NCBI RefSeq assembly: GCF_038025025.1
Contig: NW_027117343.1
Location: 1,550,001-1,614,000 of the forward strand
Reading direction: 5' to 3'
Origin: Phyllosticta citribraziliensis
Lineage: Eukaryota
Length of the DNA stretch: 64,000 bases
The position numbers and the translations under genes are program-made. This document shows positions 38,682-52,063 of this stretch, piece by piece. Under the pieces are notes generated by a model. That model made no database searches. It saw nothing but the letters and a program-made list of their open reading frames with translations, and had not been told where the DNA came from. How positions within the stretch are numbered: position 1 is the stretch's first letter; each line of letters starts with the position of its first letter.

Positions 38682-39782
38682 GGCGACGTCTTGTCGTGGT
38701 CGGAGTATGAAAAGCCAGCACCAACCTTCCCGAGGCGAAAACAAGAAGAGAAATCGACGTCCCAGCAAATCCTACACAAGCTGCCTCGTCGCATATATGT
38801 ATGGGTGCATTCTACTGTACATGGTGGCTTGGCGAGCTAGCGTTGTAGTAATCTCACTCCTGCGGGAGTGGTCGATGCTGGGCAGTAGTGGTGTGCCAGA
38901 CTGCTCGGGTCCCCATGTCCGAAGAGGTTTTCGGCACTCGGAAACTGTTATTTTCGCCAATCAAACGGCATAGTGGAGCGCAAAGTAGGGTACTACTGCA
39001 GCTATTTTATCGAGATTCATTCTGGACGAATGTCTGGCCGTGGTGATATTCGGGCGCGGAGCTTTGTGCCTTGGAACTCGGGTGTACGACGCCACGGTTA
39101 TCGGAGAATGAGACGGACAGCGCCACCTCGCCGCACCATGTACGACTCGGAGATTTTCGTTTTTCGAGAAGTGATTGGAGAGATGGAACAATATCGAAAT
39201 TGCTGCAGAATTGTCCAACGTTGACGCGCAATCGCAGCGTATCTCCATGCTAACTATTCGCGTGGTGACTGAAAGGGGGAGATCGACCGGCAAAGCTTCC
39301 ATCTCCGGCTTCTCGTATCTCTGCTAATCGAGTATCAAAAGGTCGGTCGCACAACAATTGAACAAGGGACGGTGCTCAGATTAGGACGGAGCATCGTCGG
39401 AATGTGGGATGAAGGAACGGCAGTTGTGCCGAGGGTTGGGGTGGGTATCCGTTGTGTTGCAAAAGTAGTGGGTGGTGTATGGCTGGAGGCTCTGGACATG
39501 ATGGCAAGAAAAAGCGCAGCGGAGAACTTGTGGTGTTTTGTTCAAGACGGCCTTTTCGAACGACACCCTGAAAACGTCAAGCGACATCACGTGGGGGCAT
39601 GGATTGCGGGGACGGCGATCCCTGTGCTCGGTTCACGTTAGACGCGACCGATCAACATCTTTCATGAACCCGACTCGACCTCGCTCATCTCGCCGCATCT
39701 CAGCCTTGCATCCGCATCTCATTCCTTACATCCACATCATAAATCTCCATACGTTGGGCGCTTCACCTCCAAATCGAACCTC

Positions 39783-41826
39783 ATGTCGCGCGACTTTGAC
39801 CGCAGTCGACCTCATCGCAGGCCAGAAAACTACCACCAAGCAGACTCGCGCCCCGTCGAGCGCCATGCCATCCGACATGACGGCCTAGACTACGAAGATG
39901 GTCCGCGATCTGACTACGGCCGTCGCCCGTCTCGCGAGTACGACGAACCCCGCCGCCGCGAAAATCAAAGCCGCGAGGAATACAGGGACCGCGATTCGTA
40001 CCGCCACAACGAAGGCTATGATTACTATCACAACCAATTCACCGAGCATCCCTATCGCGGAGACGAGCGCCGTCGGAGATCATACTCGCGCTCCAGCTCG
40101 CCTCGACATGGCAGCAATCGCGGAGGACACTACAAAGAACGTCGCGGATCTCAGGACTCTTACGAACAATACTCGGGTACCTTCATAGCATCATGATGGC
40201 TGATATGAGATGTCAAGACGCAAAATGGGCTAATTTACTTGGTCTCTGAAGATCACCTCCGGCGTGGCCGCAGCAACTCGCCTTCTTTGGATTACGATGG
40301 TGCGTCCCGGGGACACTCGTCAGCTCGCCAGTCGAATTATGAATCCATTTCAACCACTCCGTACCAGGTCATCAGGACTCATGGCCCCCAGGCAAATGGA
40401 GATTGTACGCCGGATGGCTCCGCGACCCAGTTTCTCTTGATCAAGAAGCTTGGCGAGCAGGTCGACGAAGAAGGCTTCCTCCAGCTTGTTTCGAAATTGT
40501 TCAAGAGGGAGGACTCCCAGGAGGTCAAGGACCCGCAGCCGGTGACTGGACTGCGCTCGACCGGTCTCAAATCCACATCCATACCAAGGAACGCCGGTGC
40601 CAAGCCCGGTAGTTTGAAGCGCATCTTTCTTGTTCGCGACAAAATGACGGGATTCAGTTGCGGGTTCGGATTTGCAGAATATCACAGTAAAGAGGTAGGG
40701 GAAACCGTCCGAAGGAAAGAAAGGCGCTGACCCCGCTAGGACGCTACCGGGGCTTTTGAAAAATTTACACACGAGAGCGGCATCTTTCCGGAAGACGTCG
40801 AGGTCACGTTTGCCCACCTTGGTATCTTCATGCCAGCAGTGCCAAACATGCGGGAAAACTTCACTCACGCAAAGTCTGGCGGAGAAGACATGCGTCTTCA
40901 ATACCGGTTACCGCACTTGTATGCCAGCGAGCTCGTGGTGTCGGAGAATCCTCCGGATGAACCCAAGGCTGTCGAGGCTGTGGAGAGGAGGGATGAAGAA
41001 AAGAAGGAGAAGAAGAGGAAAGCTGAAGATGGCGGCAGCAGCAAGTCGTCCAAGGTGTGTGACGAAGCTATCCGCACCTTGACCGCACACTGACAGTCGA
41101 CAGGCACCAAAAATCAAGCTCCCAGCATTCGAAGCGTGGACCAAAGCACAAGTCCAGCTGGGCCACCGCGAAAAAGAAACCGCGCGTCCCGTCGAAGAAG
41201 CCGCGGCAGAGCAGCCGCCCGAAACGCTGCCCGTGTCGCCGCTCATCGACTGGGAGAACAACAGCTGCTTCCTCTGCCAGCGCAACTTCAAGCCCAACAC
41301 CCTCCAGGCACACGTCGACAAGTCGGAGCTGCACAGGAAGAACGCGGCCGACGCGGACATGATTGCGGCCGGCTGGAAGAAGCTCAAGGAGAAGAAGCCC
41401 GGCACCGTGATTCCGGCGGCTGCGGCTTCCAACGTGAACGCCGCCAAGCCAATCGACCGCGCGCGCCTGCGCCGCCAGCAGCAGAGCCGCATGGCCGGCA
41501 CGCCCGTGGGCAAAGCCGCACAGCAACACTCATCCCACGCCCCATCGTCGTCGTCGTCGTCGCCGCCGCCACAGCCGACCAAGAGCCTGGGCGCCAAGCT
41601 CCTCGAAAAGGCCGGGTACAGAGAGGGCGAGGGCCTGGGGGCGGCGGGGACGGGCATCACGGCGCCGATCGAGGTGGCCAAGTACGCCGAGGGCGTGGGG
41701 CTGGGGGCGGTCGGCGGCAAGCTGGGGCTCGCGCATGAGGTGGCGAATCAGGGGCACCAGGAGCGGTTGGCGCATTTGGCGCGGGAGCGGTACAAGGCGC
41801 TGGAGGGGGATGGGGGGAAGGAGTAG
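39783..41826 (+). CDS. RBM5/RBM10-like RNA-binding protein (RS/RD-rich N-terminus, RRM, C2H2 finger, G-patch)
   Basis: RNP1-like LVRDKMTGFSCGFGFAEY, zinc finger CFLCQRNF...HVDKSELH, and G-patch SLGAKLLEKAGYREGEGLGAAGTGITAPI...GVGLGA. Three short introns are inferred. Confidence 0.82.
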
Positions 41827-42306
41827 AAATTGAAGAGGTAGATTGGGTGGGGTAGGGGGCGTTGGATCTTCTGGTGTGTATCGTTGGTTGGTTGGATTTT
41901 GGGGTTTGATATGCTGGAGCAGCAGAAGAGGATGAGGGAGAGGGAGTATCGTCGTCAGCGACTGCATGCACATAGCCCGATCCTAGACAAAGGTTTCAAC
42001 CCGCTGCAAACATCAACATCGACAAGTACATCAACAAACAGAGTGAGCACGGTGGGGCGAGGCGACACGAGGCAAGCAAGGCAAGGCGGGTACCAGGGTG
42101 ATAGTTAGTCCGTCTGCGCCGCGGCCGCCCCGCCGCCCGGCAGAACCAAGCCAAATGTTTTGCGGGACGGGCGGCGGGCGGGCGGACGGTTCCTTCGCCA
42201 ACCAACCTACCTGCTTAGCTATCTAGCTAAACCACGGAGCAAGAGACGCGCATGGGAATGGGGGTGAGGCTGACGGGACGGATAAGGACCAGCTACCAGC
42301 GCGCGG

Positions 42307-42381
42307 TGCTCTGCTCTGCTCTGCTCTGCACTGCACTGCTCTGCTCTGCTCTGCTCTGCTCTGCACTGCATTGCTCTGCTC
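42307..42381. repeat. (CTCTG)n microsatellite
   Basis: Imperfect pentanucleotide run visible directly. Confidence 0.85.
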
Positions 42382-43616
42382 AGCTCGAATCACGAACAGA
42401 CGCTTCGCGAGACGGGTTTACAGGTAAAGTTAGGTGTGGACGGGCTGGGTGACTAGGAGACGGGTTCGCGGAACGCGGCTAAGTCTGTTCAAGCATCCGA
42501 TGCTTTCGCGTGTGGATGGTCCCGGGCGCTTCGGTTGCTGTGGTTCTTTTTTGTTCGTTTTTCTTTTTGCCGTTGAAACACGCACCGACCTGGCTGGCTG
42601 CCAGCCTCACACGAGCCGCAGCGAGCGACCAATCAACGACGAGACGGTGTCTAGATTCGTGAGTTGCGTTGGGAAGAGGAGAGAAAGGATAGAAGAGGGC
42701 GTGAAACGGGGCGGGTGGCAGTGGCAGCGGCAGTGGTAGTGTGGTGTGGTGTGGTGTGGCAGGGAAGCGTTGGAGCCGAGGGTACAAGGGAGTGGAGCGG
42801 GAGAAGGTTTTTTGGTGTTTTGAGGGCAGGGGCAGGGGTTGCACGTGGAGGGATGGAGATAATCCGGATGGCGGTGCAGAAAGAGACAGAGGCAGAGAGG
42901 GGCTTAGCGTCGGTGGAGACCTGAGGCGGGGAATTTGCCGCAAGGGTCATGTCCGATCCGCTCATCTACAGTACCTACAGTACCTAGTAATCCAGATGCT
43001 GCAGGCTGCGACTATTGCTGCGCTGCACTGCTGCATCGTCTATTGCCGAGTGCATCTACCAGCACTTGAAGATTGATATGCATGGCTCTATCGATTGATT
43101 CAATGCGACGAGACAGACCGCCGACAGACTGGCAGACAAGACAGGTCCCCCCAATCAACCCCCGACGCGCCCTGATTGGCGGCGCGCAAATGACGACGCC
43201 GGATGCCACATGCCCATACGGCAGCCTTGCCGCCTGAGGTGGTCGACAGCAGAGTGAAGCGAACGAGCGACACAAGACACGACGGGACGACGCGCCCGGG
43301 CTGGGCTGTTTGGTCAGAGCGACGCTCCCGTCGTGTTCCTTCATCGTTTCCTGTTCCTCGTGCTGCCAGTGACAACCGGGATTTCGCAACCACCCATCCA
43401 TGACCCGCGGCCCCAGGTAATGTACTTTAATATACCCAACTATCCTGGCCCACGGGCCTAGCGGGTGGCTGGCTGCTGTCGTCTCGTCTCTCCAGCTGTC
43501 TTCCCTTCTCTCCTCCAATTCTGCCTCACTCCCGTCCTCTCGCCCATCACCCGTCCAGCCACCGGCACTCTTTTCGACACACACCGTCCTCTGCTACTGC
43601 GCGGCCCGCCGTTGCC

Positions 43617-45461
43617 ATGGCCAAGCCCAATCCCACTACTTCGAGCGCTGCTCCTGCCGCCGCCGCCGACCTCTCCCGCCACTCGAGCTTCTCCTTCCTG
43701 CGCCGCCAAAAGTCGACCGACGGCGCCAAAATGGGCAAAAAGGCAAAGCAACAGGCCAAGGACGACCTGCTGCGCCAGCAGCGCGAGCAGCAGGAAGCGT
43801 TGGCCAAGCGACCGCCGCAGCTGCCAGAAATGCCTCCAATGGCCTCGTCCGCCGTCAACACCACCTTTGGCACCTTTGGCGGCGACAACAACCACAACCA
43901 CCTGCGCCCCGACTCGTACCACTACGTCTCCCACAAAGCCACGTCCTTTAGCCGCCCCTTGATGGACCGTAGGAATCCCTCCTCTGCCTCGCCCCTCGCC
44001 GTCCCTCCTCCCATTCCTCAGAGCCCCTCGTCGGCCACTCAAAACTACATCCATTCCTCTGAGCCCTACGACCCCGCCCACCGCTCTGAAAGCATGACGC
44101 ACCGCGGCCGCTCCAGCTACGCCAGCAGCATCGCCAGCCCCGCCGTCAACAGTCCTCGTCGCGTTCGCAGGCGCAAGGACCCGACGGCCTTCAAGTGAGT
44201 TTGTCCCTTCTCGCCAACCCTTCCTTCCTGCTGACCGTCTGCTAGCGTCCTCGTCATTGGCGCCAGCGGCTGCGGCAAGTCGTCGTTTGTCAACTTCCTC
44301 AAGACGTCGCTGGCCCTGCCCAAGCCCAAGCACGCCATTGGCTCTCCGCCGCCCCGCCAGCACGACCCCAACTCGCCCTTCACCTCACACTACCTCGAGA
44401 CCGAAATCGACGGCGAGCGCGTCGGCCTGACGCTGTGGGACTCGCAGGGCCTGGAGCGCAGCGTCGTCGACCTGCAGCTGCGCGAGATGACGTCGTTCAT
44501 CGAGACCAAGTTTGACGAGACGTTTGCCGAGGAGCAAAAGGTGGTGCGCTCGGCCGGCTTCCGCGACACGCACATCCACTGCGTCTTCCTGCTGCTCGAC
44601 CCGGCCCGCCTCGACGCCAACATTGCCCACGCCCGCGGCACCCCGGGCAGCTACGTCGACAAGTTTGCCGTGCGCCCGAATCTGGTTGGCTCGCTCGACG
44701 AGGATCTCGATCTGCAGGTTCTGCGCGGCCTGCAGGGAAAGACGACTGTCATCCCTGTCGTCAGCAAGGCCGACAGCATCACCACGGCCCACATGGCGTA
44801 CCTGAAGCGATCCGTGTGGGACGGCTTGAAGCAGGCCAAGCTCGACCTGCTCGAGGCGCTGGACCTCGACGACGAGTCGGACGTCGACCCGGGCCTCGAC
44901 GACGACACGGACACGGGATACGCCCAGTCGGACGACGACGTCGACCAGTCGGACATGATCAACAAGCTCGTCGACCGCTCCGACTCGGATTCGCAGCGCT
45001 CGTCGACGTCGGCCTCGTCGCCGCCCCCGCAGTCGCCCGTCGTCTCCAAGGCCGTCAAGCAAGGCCGCCGCCTGTCGGCCCAGCTCATGGCCGCCGCTCC
45101 CGACGACGACGAGCTGCCCTACCTGCCGCTGTCCATCATCTCGCCCGACATGTACGAGCCGCACGTCATCGGCCGGCGCTTCCCGTGGGGCTTCGCCGAC
45201 CCCAACAACAACACGCACTGCGACTTTTTGCGACTCAAGGAGAGCGTCTTTTCCGAGTGGCGCGGCGAGCTTCGCGAGGCGGCGCGCGAGCGCTGGTATG
45301 AGGGATGGCGCACCAACCGACTCAAGCGACTGGGCGGCGGCCTCAGTGGTGCGGGCACGCCGCGGCGCAGGGCGGACTACGCCAGCTCTCCGGGCCCGCA
45401 GGGCACGCCGCGCAATGGAAACGGCAATGCCATGGCGTACAAGAGCGTTTCGACGTATTGA
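43617..45461 (+). CDS. Septin, AspE-like (group 5) of filamentous fungi
   Basis: Intron 44195-44245 gives FNVLVIGASGCGKSS (G1), LTLWDSQG (G3), PVVSKADS (G4) and the septin unique element GRRFPWGFADP...HCDFLRLKESVF. Confidence 0.9.
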
Positions 45462-45694
45462 GGTGGATATTGGTGGAAGTGGTGGAATTGTGGTGGATGT
45501 GTGTGGGATGCGCGGGGATGATGCGCGAGTCGGCTTGTTCCAGCCGTTGTTTGATCGTCGCTGAGACGGACCGTGACCGGGCGAGGCTTGGTTTCGGGCA
45601 GCGCGACGTTTTTCCGGCCCGAGCTTGACAACCCGGACCTTACCACGGCACGCATACCGCTACGACTCGTCGAGAAGAAGTTGGTCATGAATAC

Positions 45695-45759
45695 GGATGG
45701 ATGGAAGGATTGATGGATTGATGGATTGATGGATTGATGGATTGATGGATTGATGGATG
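45695..45759. repeat. (GATGGATT)n microsatellite
   Basis: Octamer tandem run visible directly. Confidence 0.85.
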
Positions 45760-46269
45760 CATTACTCGGTGAGTATGCGCAGCTTTGCACTTTTTGACGG
45801 GTGTCCTTTTTTGCTTGGTCGTCTCTTCTCTTCTTCTACAACACTTTTTTTTCTTTCTTCTCTCTTTCTTCTATCGACGGCGCAGTCGTCCTCTTTTGAT
45901 ACACTACTTTTTTTTTTTTTTCCCCTCTCTCCGCGACACTGACACGCGATGTATGGTTTGCTGGTATGGTATGGTATGACTTGGCTGTTTTTTTTTATTT
46001 TTGCTGTTGCTGTTTGTCTGACTGATGATGCTTACTGCTTTTACTTTGTACGACGACGGCCGTGGCTGCTGCTGCTGCTGCTGGTTTCAATTCTGTTTTT
46101 TTTTTTTTTTTTTTTTTTTTTGCGTCTGCTGGACTGCGATATCGGATATGATATGAAGGGAGAAGTGCGTTGAGTTGATTCTTTTTGCTTGCTTGTTCTT
46201 CGATCGTATCTTGGTGTGCTATGGGGCACGGAAGGAGGCAGTGTTTTGTGTGGTGTGGTTTGAGGGACG

Positions 46270-46441
46270 GGAAGGGAAAGGAAGGGAAGGGAAGGGAAGA
46301 GGAGATGGGATTGATGGATGGATGGATATACCTTGAGAATGAATACTAGGGATGGGCATCGCAGTTGTGGTAGTAGACGTAAGGGAAATAGGTAGTAGGA
46401 AGTAGGTAGTAGGTAGTAGGTAGTAGGTAGTAGGCAGTAGG
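46270..46441. repeat. (GGAAG)n and (GGTAGTA)n simple repeats
   Basis: Short tandem runs near 46270-46298 and 46391-46441. Confidence 0.75.
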
Positions 46442-47043
46442 AACTTGAAAATGTGCATGGGATTCTTCCTTCTTCAATCGATCCTTTCTGACCTCTTGAT
46501 TTATTAAGTATATCTACCTGCCTTGCCTTCCTCCTTTGACATGACCTTCAGCGAGTGGCAAACACCCTAGACCACCGACCTGAGATGTCATACAACATGT
46601 ATACAGTAGGTCGTGAATAATCTGCCATGTATGTTGGATGTGCCAGACGCTCCGCGGCCCGTGTTCTACGCACACGCACGCTCTGCGACAGTGGTTTCAA
46701 GTTGAAGACGGAAAACGGTCTTCTGCTGCACTGCTGCTGTGCTACACTCTACCGCGAATGATTAGTGGTAGTAGTATTGGATTGATCCTCTTCCGTCTAT
46801 GTGTGTGTGAGGTAAGGTAGGTATCGCTATGAGAGGTACGAGGAGGAGGGTAATAGGGAGGAGGAGGAGCGGCGGCGGCGGCAGTTAAAGCCAGCCAGCC
46901 AGCCAGCCGATCGTCGAGGAGGAGGGGATGCAGTGGATGTTGAAAAGGGGAGGGAAGGAAAGGGAAAATCGGCTGCGTTTGCCCGCGCCGCAAACACACG
47001 CTCTTCCTTCAGTTTGCTGCACGCAGTCTGCTACCGCACGCAA

Positions 47044-48387
47044 TCATTTCGCCTCGGCTTTGCCGCCGCCCACGCTGACTTCTCCCACCTGCACCTCCCC
47101 CATCCCCACGTTCCCCACGCCCCCTCCCGCTCCGCCCGCGCCCCTCTTCTTGAGCACGTTCTCGATGAACGCCTCGCCCGCCTTGTACGACGACCGCACC
47201 AGCGGCCCGGACGCGCAGTACAGGAAGCCCAGCTCCAGCGCGCGCTGCCGCCACGTCTCGAAGACGGCGGGCGTGACGTATTCCTCGACTTTCATGTGCC
47301 GTTTTGTCGGCCGCATGTATTGGCCAAAGGTTATGACGTCGCAGCCGACGGCGCGGAGGGCTAAGGGGTGTGTCAGTTGAGAGGGGGAAGGGGGGATGTT
47401 GGGGAAGGGGGGGGACGCACCTCGCAGCGCGGCCCAGATCTGCTCCTCGCTCTCGCCCAGGCCCAGCATCATGCTCGTCTTGGTGATGACGTCCGGATTG
47501 GCCTGCTTCGCGCGCTCCAGCACGCGCAGGCTCTGCCGGAACCCGGCGCGGCGGTCGCGCACCATGGGCGTCAGCGCCTCAACCGTCTCGACGTTGTGCG
47601 CGTAGACGTCGAGCCCGCTGCGCGCCACCAGCCCCACCATGTCCAGGTCCCCGCCGTAGTCGCCCGTCAGCGCCTCGACCAGCATCGTCGGCGCCTTGTG
47701 CTTGATCTTGGAGATGGTCTCGGCGAAGTGCCGCGCGCCGCCGTCCGCCAGGTCGTCGCGGTCGACGCTCGTCAGCACCACGTAGCCCAGCCCCCAGCGC
47801 CGCAGCGCTTCGGCCGTGTTCTCCGGCTCGTGCGGGTCCAGCGGCGGCGGCCGGTTGCTCGTCTTGACGCTGCAGAACCGGCACCCGCGCGTGCACGTGT
47901 CGCCCATCAGCATGATGGTGGCCGTGGCGGCGTTCTTGTTGCCGCCGCCCCAGCAGTCGCTGATGTTGGGGCAGCGCGCCTCCTCGCACACCGTGTGCAG
48001 GTTCAGTCCCCTCAGGTCGTTCTTGATCCGCTTGAAGCTGTCGCTCGACGGGATGGGCGTCTTGAGCCACGACGGCAGCCGCGTGATTTTTTTCTTCTTG
48101 CCCTCCGGCCCCACCATGGCTGTCCGCAGCTCCAGCATCTCGTCCGTCGTCATGGGCTCCTCTTTTGCCGAGACGAAATCAGAGAGCGACGGCCCCGTGT
48201 TGAGTTTGTCGTGGAAGGCTGTCCGCGGCCGCGACACTTTCGCCGCGGGGGTCGACGACGCGGTGGGAGGCTCGGTGACGGCGGTGGCGAGGCCGCGGGC
48301 GAGGCGCCATTGTGCGGGGGCGCCGCGCGACGAGAGCGCCGACGCGGGCAGGCGGAGGCATTGCGAGCGTGGTATCGAGGAGGCCAT
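47044..48387 (-). CDS. LIP5: Mitochondrial lipoyl synthase (radical SAM)
   Basis: [13 protein letters not shown] and CTRGCRFC cluster motifs, [28 protein letters not shown], and a presequence-like N-terminus. In-frame 60-nt intron at 47420-47361. Confidence 0.97.
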   Translation of the reverse strand: MASSIPRSQCLRLPASALSSRGAPAQWRLARGLATAVTEPPTASSTPAAKVSRPRTAFHDKLNTGPSLSDFVSAKEEPMTTDEMLELRTAMVGPEGKKKKITRLPSWLKTPIPSSDSFKRIKNDLRGLNLHTVCEEARCPNISDCWGGGNKNAATATIMLMGDTCTRGCRFCSVKTSNRPPPLDPHEPENTAEALRRWGLGYVVLTSVDRDDLADGGARHFAETISKIKHKAPTMLVEALTGDYGGDLDMVGLVARSGLDVYAHNVETVEALTPMVRDRRAGFRQSLRVLERAKQANPDVITKTSMMLGLGESEEQIWAALRGASPPFPNIPPSPSQLTHPLALRAVGCDVITFGQYMRPTKRHMKVEEYVTPAVFETWRQRALELGFLYCASGPLVRSSYKAGEAFIENVLKKRGAGGAGGGVGNVGMGEVQVGEVSVGGGKAEAK

Positions 48388-48799
48388 TGTCGCTCAGGAC
48401 GTGGGTTGCGGCGGCGAGGTCGAGGCCAGTGTTGGGAAGAAGACTGCGCGGGCCATCAATCAAAGCGTCGGGTGGTCAATCGCGTCAGTTGTACCTTTCT
48501 TGGCGCTGTTATCTTATCAATCGCGCGGCTGGCGGCGGCCTGTCGTCTTTCCGATGTCGGTTCCGCGCGGCTCGCCGACGACACTCGACAACAACAGTCA
48601 TGCACATTCCACGCCTCGCAACTGGCTACGCGTCTGCCGTCGATAATTTTGATTCATTCTGCCGTCCAAAATCCCGCCTGCTCCAAGCCAATCGCCTTTT
48701 GTCCAATGTATGTATGGAAGAAAGTAAGGTAGGTAAGTGGGTAAGCTATTCAAAGGAAAGAAAGAGAAGAGGGATCCAAACCGCCCAGGATTAAGCTCG

Positions 48800-51503
48800 T
48801 CACGACACCAACACCGTCTCGCCAATGCCCGGCACCCCGTCCACCACCACGTACACGACGTACGGCCCCGGCGGCGCCACGTTCAAGCTGGGAGGGCCGC
48901 TCACCGTCAAAGTCTGGCCCGTATTGCCCGCCTTCCACCCGGTAAAGTCGAGGTACATCATGCGGGCGCCCATGTGCACGCTATGCGTCACGAAGCCGCC
49001 GTGATACAGGGCGACTTTGACCTGCTTCGCGCCGGCCGGCGCCTTGAAGGTGATTTGGAACGTCGACGACGACGACGCCTTGATCGCCAGCGTCGACAGC
49101 ACAATCTGCCGCGGCCGCTGGTTGACCTTGTCGCCCAGCAGGTACGGCGGCGTGTAGATCTCGACCCGGAACTCCGTGTCGTACGGGAACGCCGTGTTGT
49201 TGTTGGGCGAGAGGACGGGCTGCTCGACCGGGTTGGAGCCCGTCACCATGACCGTGCCGTCGAGCAGCAGCAGCGCGACCGAATGGTACAGGCGCGGGAT
49301 CGTCGACGTGCCGGCAGTCGTGAACCGCTTGCCGAGCGGCTGCGCCGGGTCGTACAGCAGCGCGTCGAAGGTCGGGTCCCTTGCAACACCAAAACCCTGC
49401 GCGCCGCGGTTGGCGCCGTTGAGCCAGAGGACTGTGCCGTCTGGCAACAGCGTTCCCTCGACCATACCGCGTCCTTGCGGCATCGAGTCCATCTCCCACG
49501 TCGGGTTCGACGACATGGGCGCGATGCGGCCGCACGACGCCTCTGTTGGCGAGGTAATGTCTTGATAGGCGCCGCCGCCGCAAATCATCACGTCCGAGGT
49601 CCAGTTGCTGGCCGAGCTCAGGGGCAGCATGACGGAGCCTCCAGTGTTGGGATAGGTGCGGTACTGGCCCGGCATGTCGGGATAAGACTTGGTCGACTTG
49701 TTGCGCGCAATGTCGAAAAGCTGCGAAGACTTGGACACAAAGACGTACAGCGAGCCGTCCTTCAAGAGGTGCATGAACGGGTACATGTAGTAGGGCTGGT
49801 TCTTGACGAGGATATCCATTGGTCGACTGATACCGTCCGAGACGCCCTTGGAATTCAACAGCTCCCAGGTAGGATTGTTGTTGGTCATGTTGGACGGATC
49901 AAGGCCGTTGAGGGATCCTGAAGCGACAAATATGGAACCGTCTGCAAGTGTCTGGACGGACGGGTACCACCGCTTGCTTGCGAGCTTGTTGCCGGGCTCA
50001 CTCCAGGCTTGGCCGTCAAGCTCGGTACCATTGACAGTGCGCTTGAGGTACCTGATGCCGTTGAAGCCGTCGGTAATGGTGGGATCGATAAAGTCAAGAG
50101 GCCCGTTGCCTCCAAGAGCAAGGAATGTTCCGTCGGCAAGATACGCACCGCCTGCGCAAAACGCATTGGTCTTGTAAGACAAAGGAACGTAGGTGTTGAA
50201 TTCGGGATCCCACTCGACCGAGTATGCGTATTGGCCGTTGCTCAGCTTGGTCTGGGTGTAGTTTTCGACCTTGTCCAGGAACGCAACCTTGCCGTTGGGG
50301 AGCAGGCCGGCGTGCATGACGGGGACACCTGAGTCACCAACAACGTCAAAGGATCCAGGGGTAGGGGCTGGCGGAGCTGGGCTCGGTCCAGGAGCTGCAA
50401 CCACTGGCGCACTAAGGCAGGGTCCAGACTGGCAGCCAGAGCCACAGTGCGACGTCGTGTTTCCGCAGTATCCGTACATGGAACAGCAACCTCCAGCAGC
50501 CCAGTTGCCGCAAATGCTGCCGCCATACGAGGCGCCGCAGCTACCGTCAGTCGTCACTTTTCCAGATGCGGTCGGGGCGGCACTGCTGATAGAAGTACCG
50601 AGGAGCGGTTCCTGAGTGCTGGAGCTGACGGGGGGCTTTGTCGAAGCAGATCCAGATTTTGTCGGAGATCCAGACGACGTGACGGCAGAGCAGCCATTCT
50701 GGCAGCCGTTGGCAACGAGACAGTGGTCCTCTGTCTTGCCGCAGTAACTGGAAATGGTAAGTAGTTGAGACAAGATCAGCTTCAGACAAACCTACCCATA
50801 TTGGGAGCAGCATCCACCGTACGCGCCATTGGCATCACAAGTTGCACCGCCAAAGTCTTTACCACAACGACCATCTGAGCGAGGGGCCGCCGAAGTACCG
50901 GATGGTGCAGCCGCTGAACTTGCAGAGCTGGTAGCAGCAACGCGAACCGAAGTGGTCGCAGCAGCAGTCGTAGTAGGCTTGGAGGAGGGAGCACTGGATG
51001 CACTGGATGCACTGGACGGAGCACTACCAGAGCAACCACTTACGCAGCCATTTGAGACCAAGCAATGACCGTCAGTAGATCCGCAATATCCATATTTACT
51101 GTACGACGTCAGCATCTATTGATCACATTTCCAACTAGTGCTTACCTGCAGCAACCCCCATATGAACCTTTGGGGTCACAAGTAGCCCCTCCGAAAGAGG
51201 CACCGCATCGTCCATCAGTACGAGGAGCTGTAGCGCGTCCTACAAGACTGGCAGCATTTCGGCTGAACGAGCCGTAGTGGGAGTCCTTGATCGACAAGTC
51301 GGGGACGCATCTGAAGGCGTCAGTCGATGAAGAGCGTCGCGCATTCTCCACACTCACAGGTTGTCCTCGGAACAACGCTGGCCCTCGAGACAGCTAGAAG
51401 AGTAGACAGACGAAAAGTCGCAGGTGGGCTGGACCCAGTGGAAGACAATGTTTGCGTGGGCCGTGGCGAGGCACAGGCCGAGCGAAAAGATGGCAGCCTT
51501 CAT
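48800..51503 (-). CDS. Secreted copper radical oxidase (AA5_1 glyoxal oxidase-like) with three N-terminal CBM18 chitin-binding modules
   Basis: Signal peptide MKAAIFSLGLCLATAHA. Three hevein-type modules (DG.CG..(F/Y)GG..C...GGCCS.YGYCG.T..HC) across short introns. Catalytic-site motifs AFCAGG, RWYPS, RLYHS and FVTHS, plus VAPPGPY. Confidence 0.92.
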
Positions 51504-52055
51504 GGCCGAAGGCTGCGATTAACCTGAGGGAAGAAGGTGAGTAAAGGACTGGATAGGGATTCTGCAATGAGGCCTGCACGAGGAGCGGCGCAAAGTGGTA
51601 TATGAGGGGGGCGTAGGCTGAGAAAAATTCGAGGTGATGGAGGCAAACGGAGCGAATGGAATGACGCGCAGAAGTTCTTCTGTTTGACGCGCTGCGGACG
51701 CTCGCATGCAGGTGCCACCATCTGCATGCGCATGACAGCGGCAAGAACCTCTGGCTGTTGCACAGGACCACGGAGAGCAAAACGTACCTGTCGACGATGG
51801 AGCTTATCAGGAGACAAGCCTCAAGAGGCAAGCAAGGACGTGGGGATGGTGTTTTGGAAGGAGGGACTCGCAATTAATCGACGGTGATACCAGCAACCAA
51901 AGGACGAGCGCAAGGAGTGACGTGAGGTTGGTCAACGAGTGAGAGGCCGGGCGGCGCGCAAAAGGCAAAAACGGCGTAACAAAATTCGCACGGCTACAGA
52001 CGCATGGTGGACGATTGGGGTGGGGCTGAGGCTGAGGGGGCGTGTCGACGACGCG

Positions 52056-52063
52056 GTATATAA
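52056..52063 (-). promoter_or_regulatory. Candidate TATA element upstream of the glyoxal oxidase gene
   Basis: GTATATAA about 550 bp upstream of the ATG. Position only, not verified. Confidence 0.3.

Noticed and set aside
45840..46450. Poly-T tracts and simple repeats
   Set aside because: Ordinary low-complexity 3' intergenic sequence between convergent genes.
47368..49921. Long plus-strand ORFs (454 aa and 394 aa)
   Set aside because: Antisense to LIP5 and the glyoxal oxidase, and explained by high-GC codon bias.
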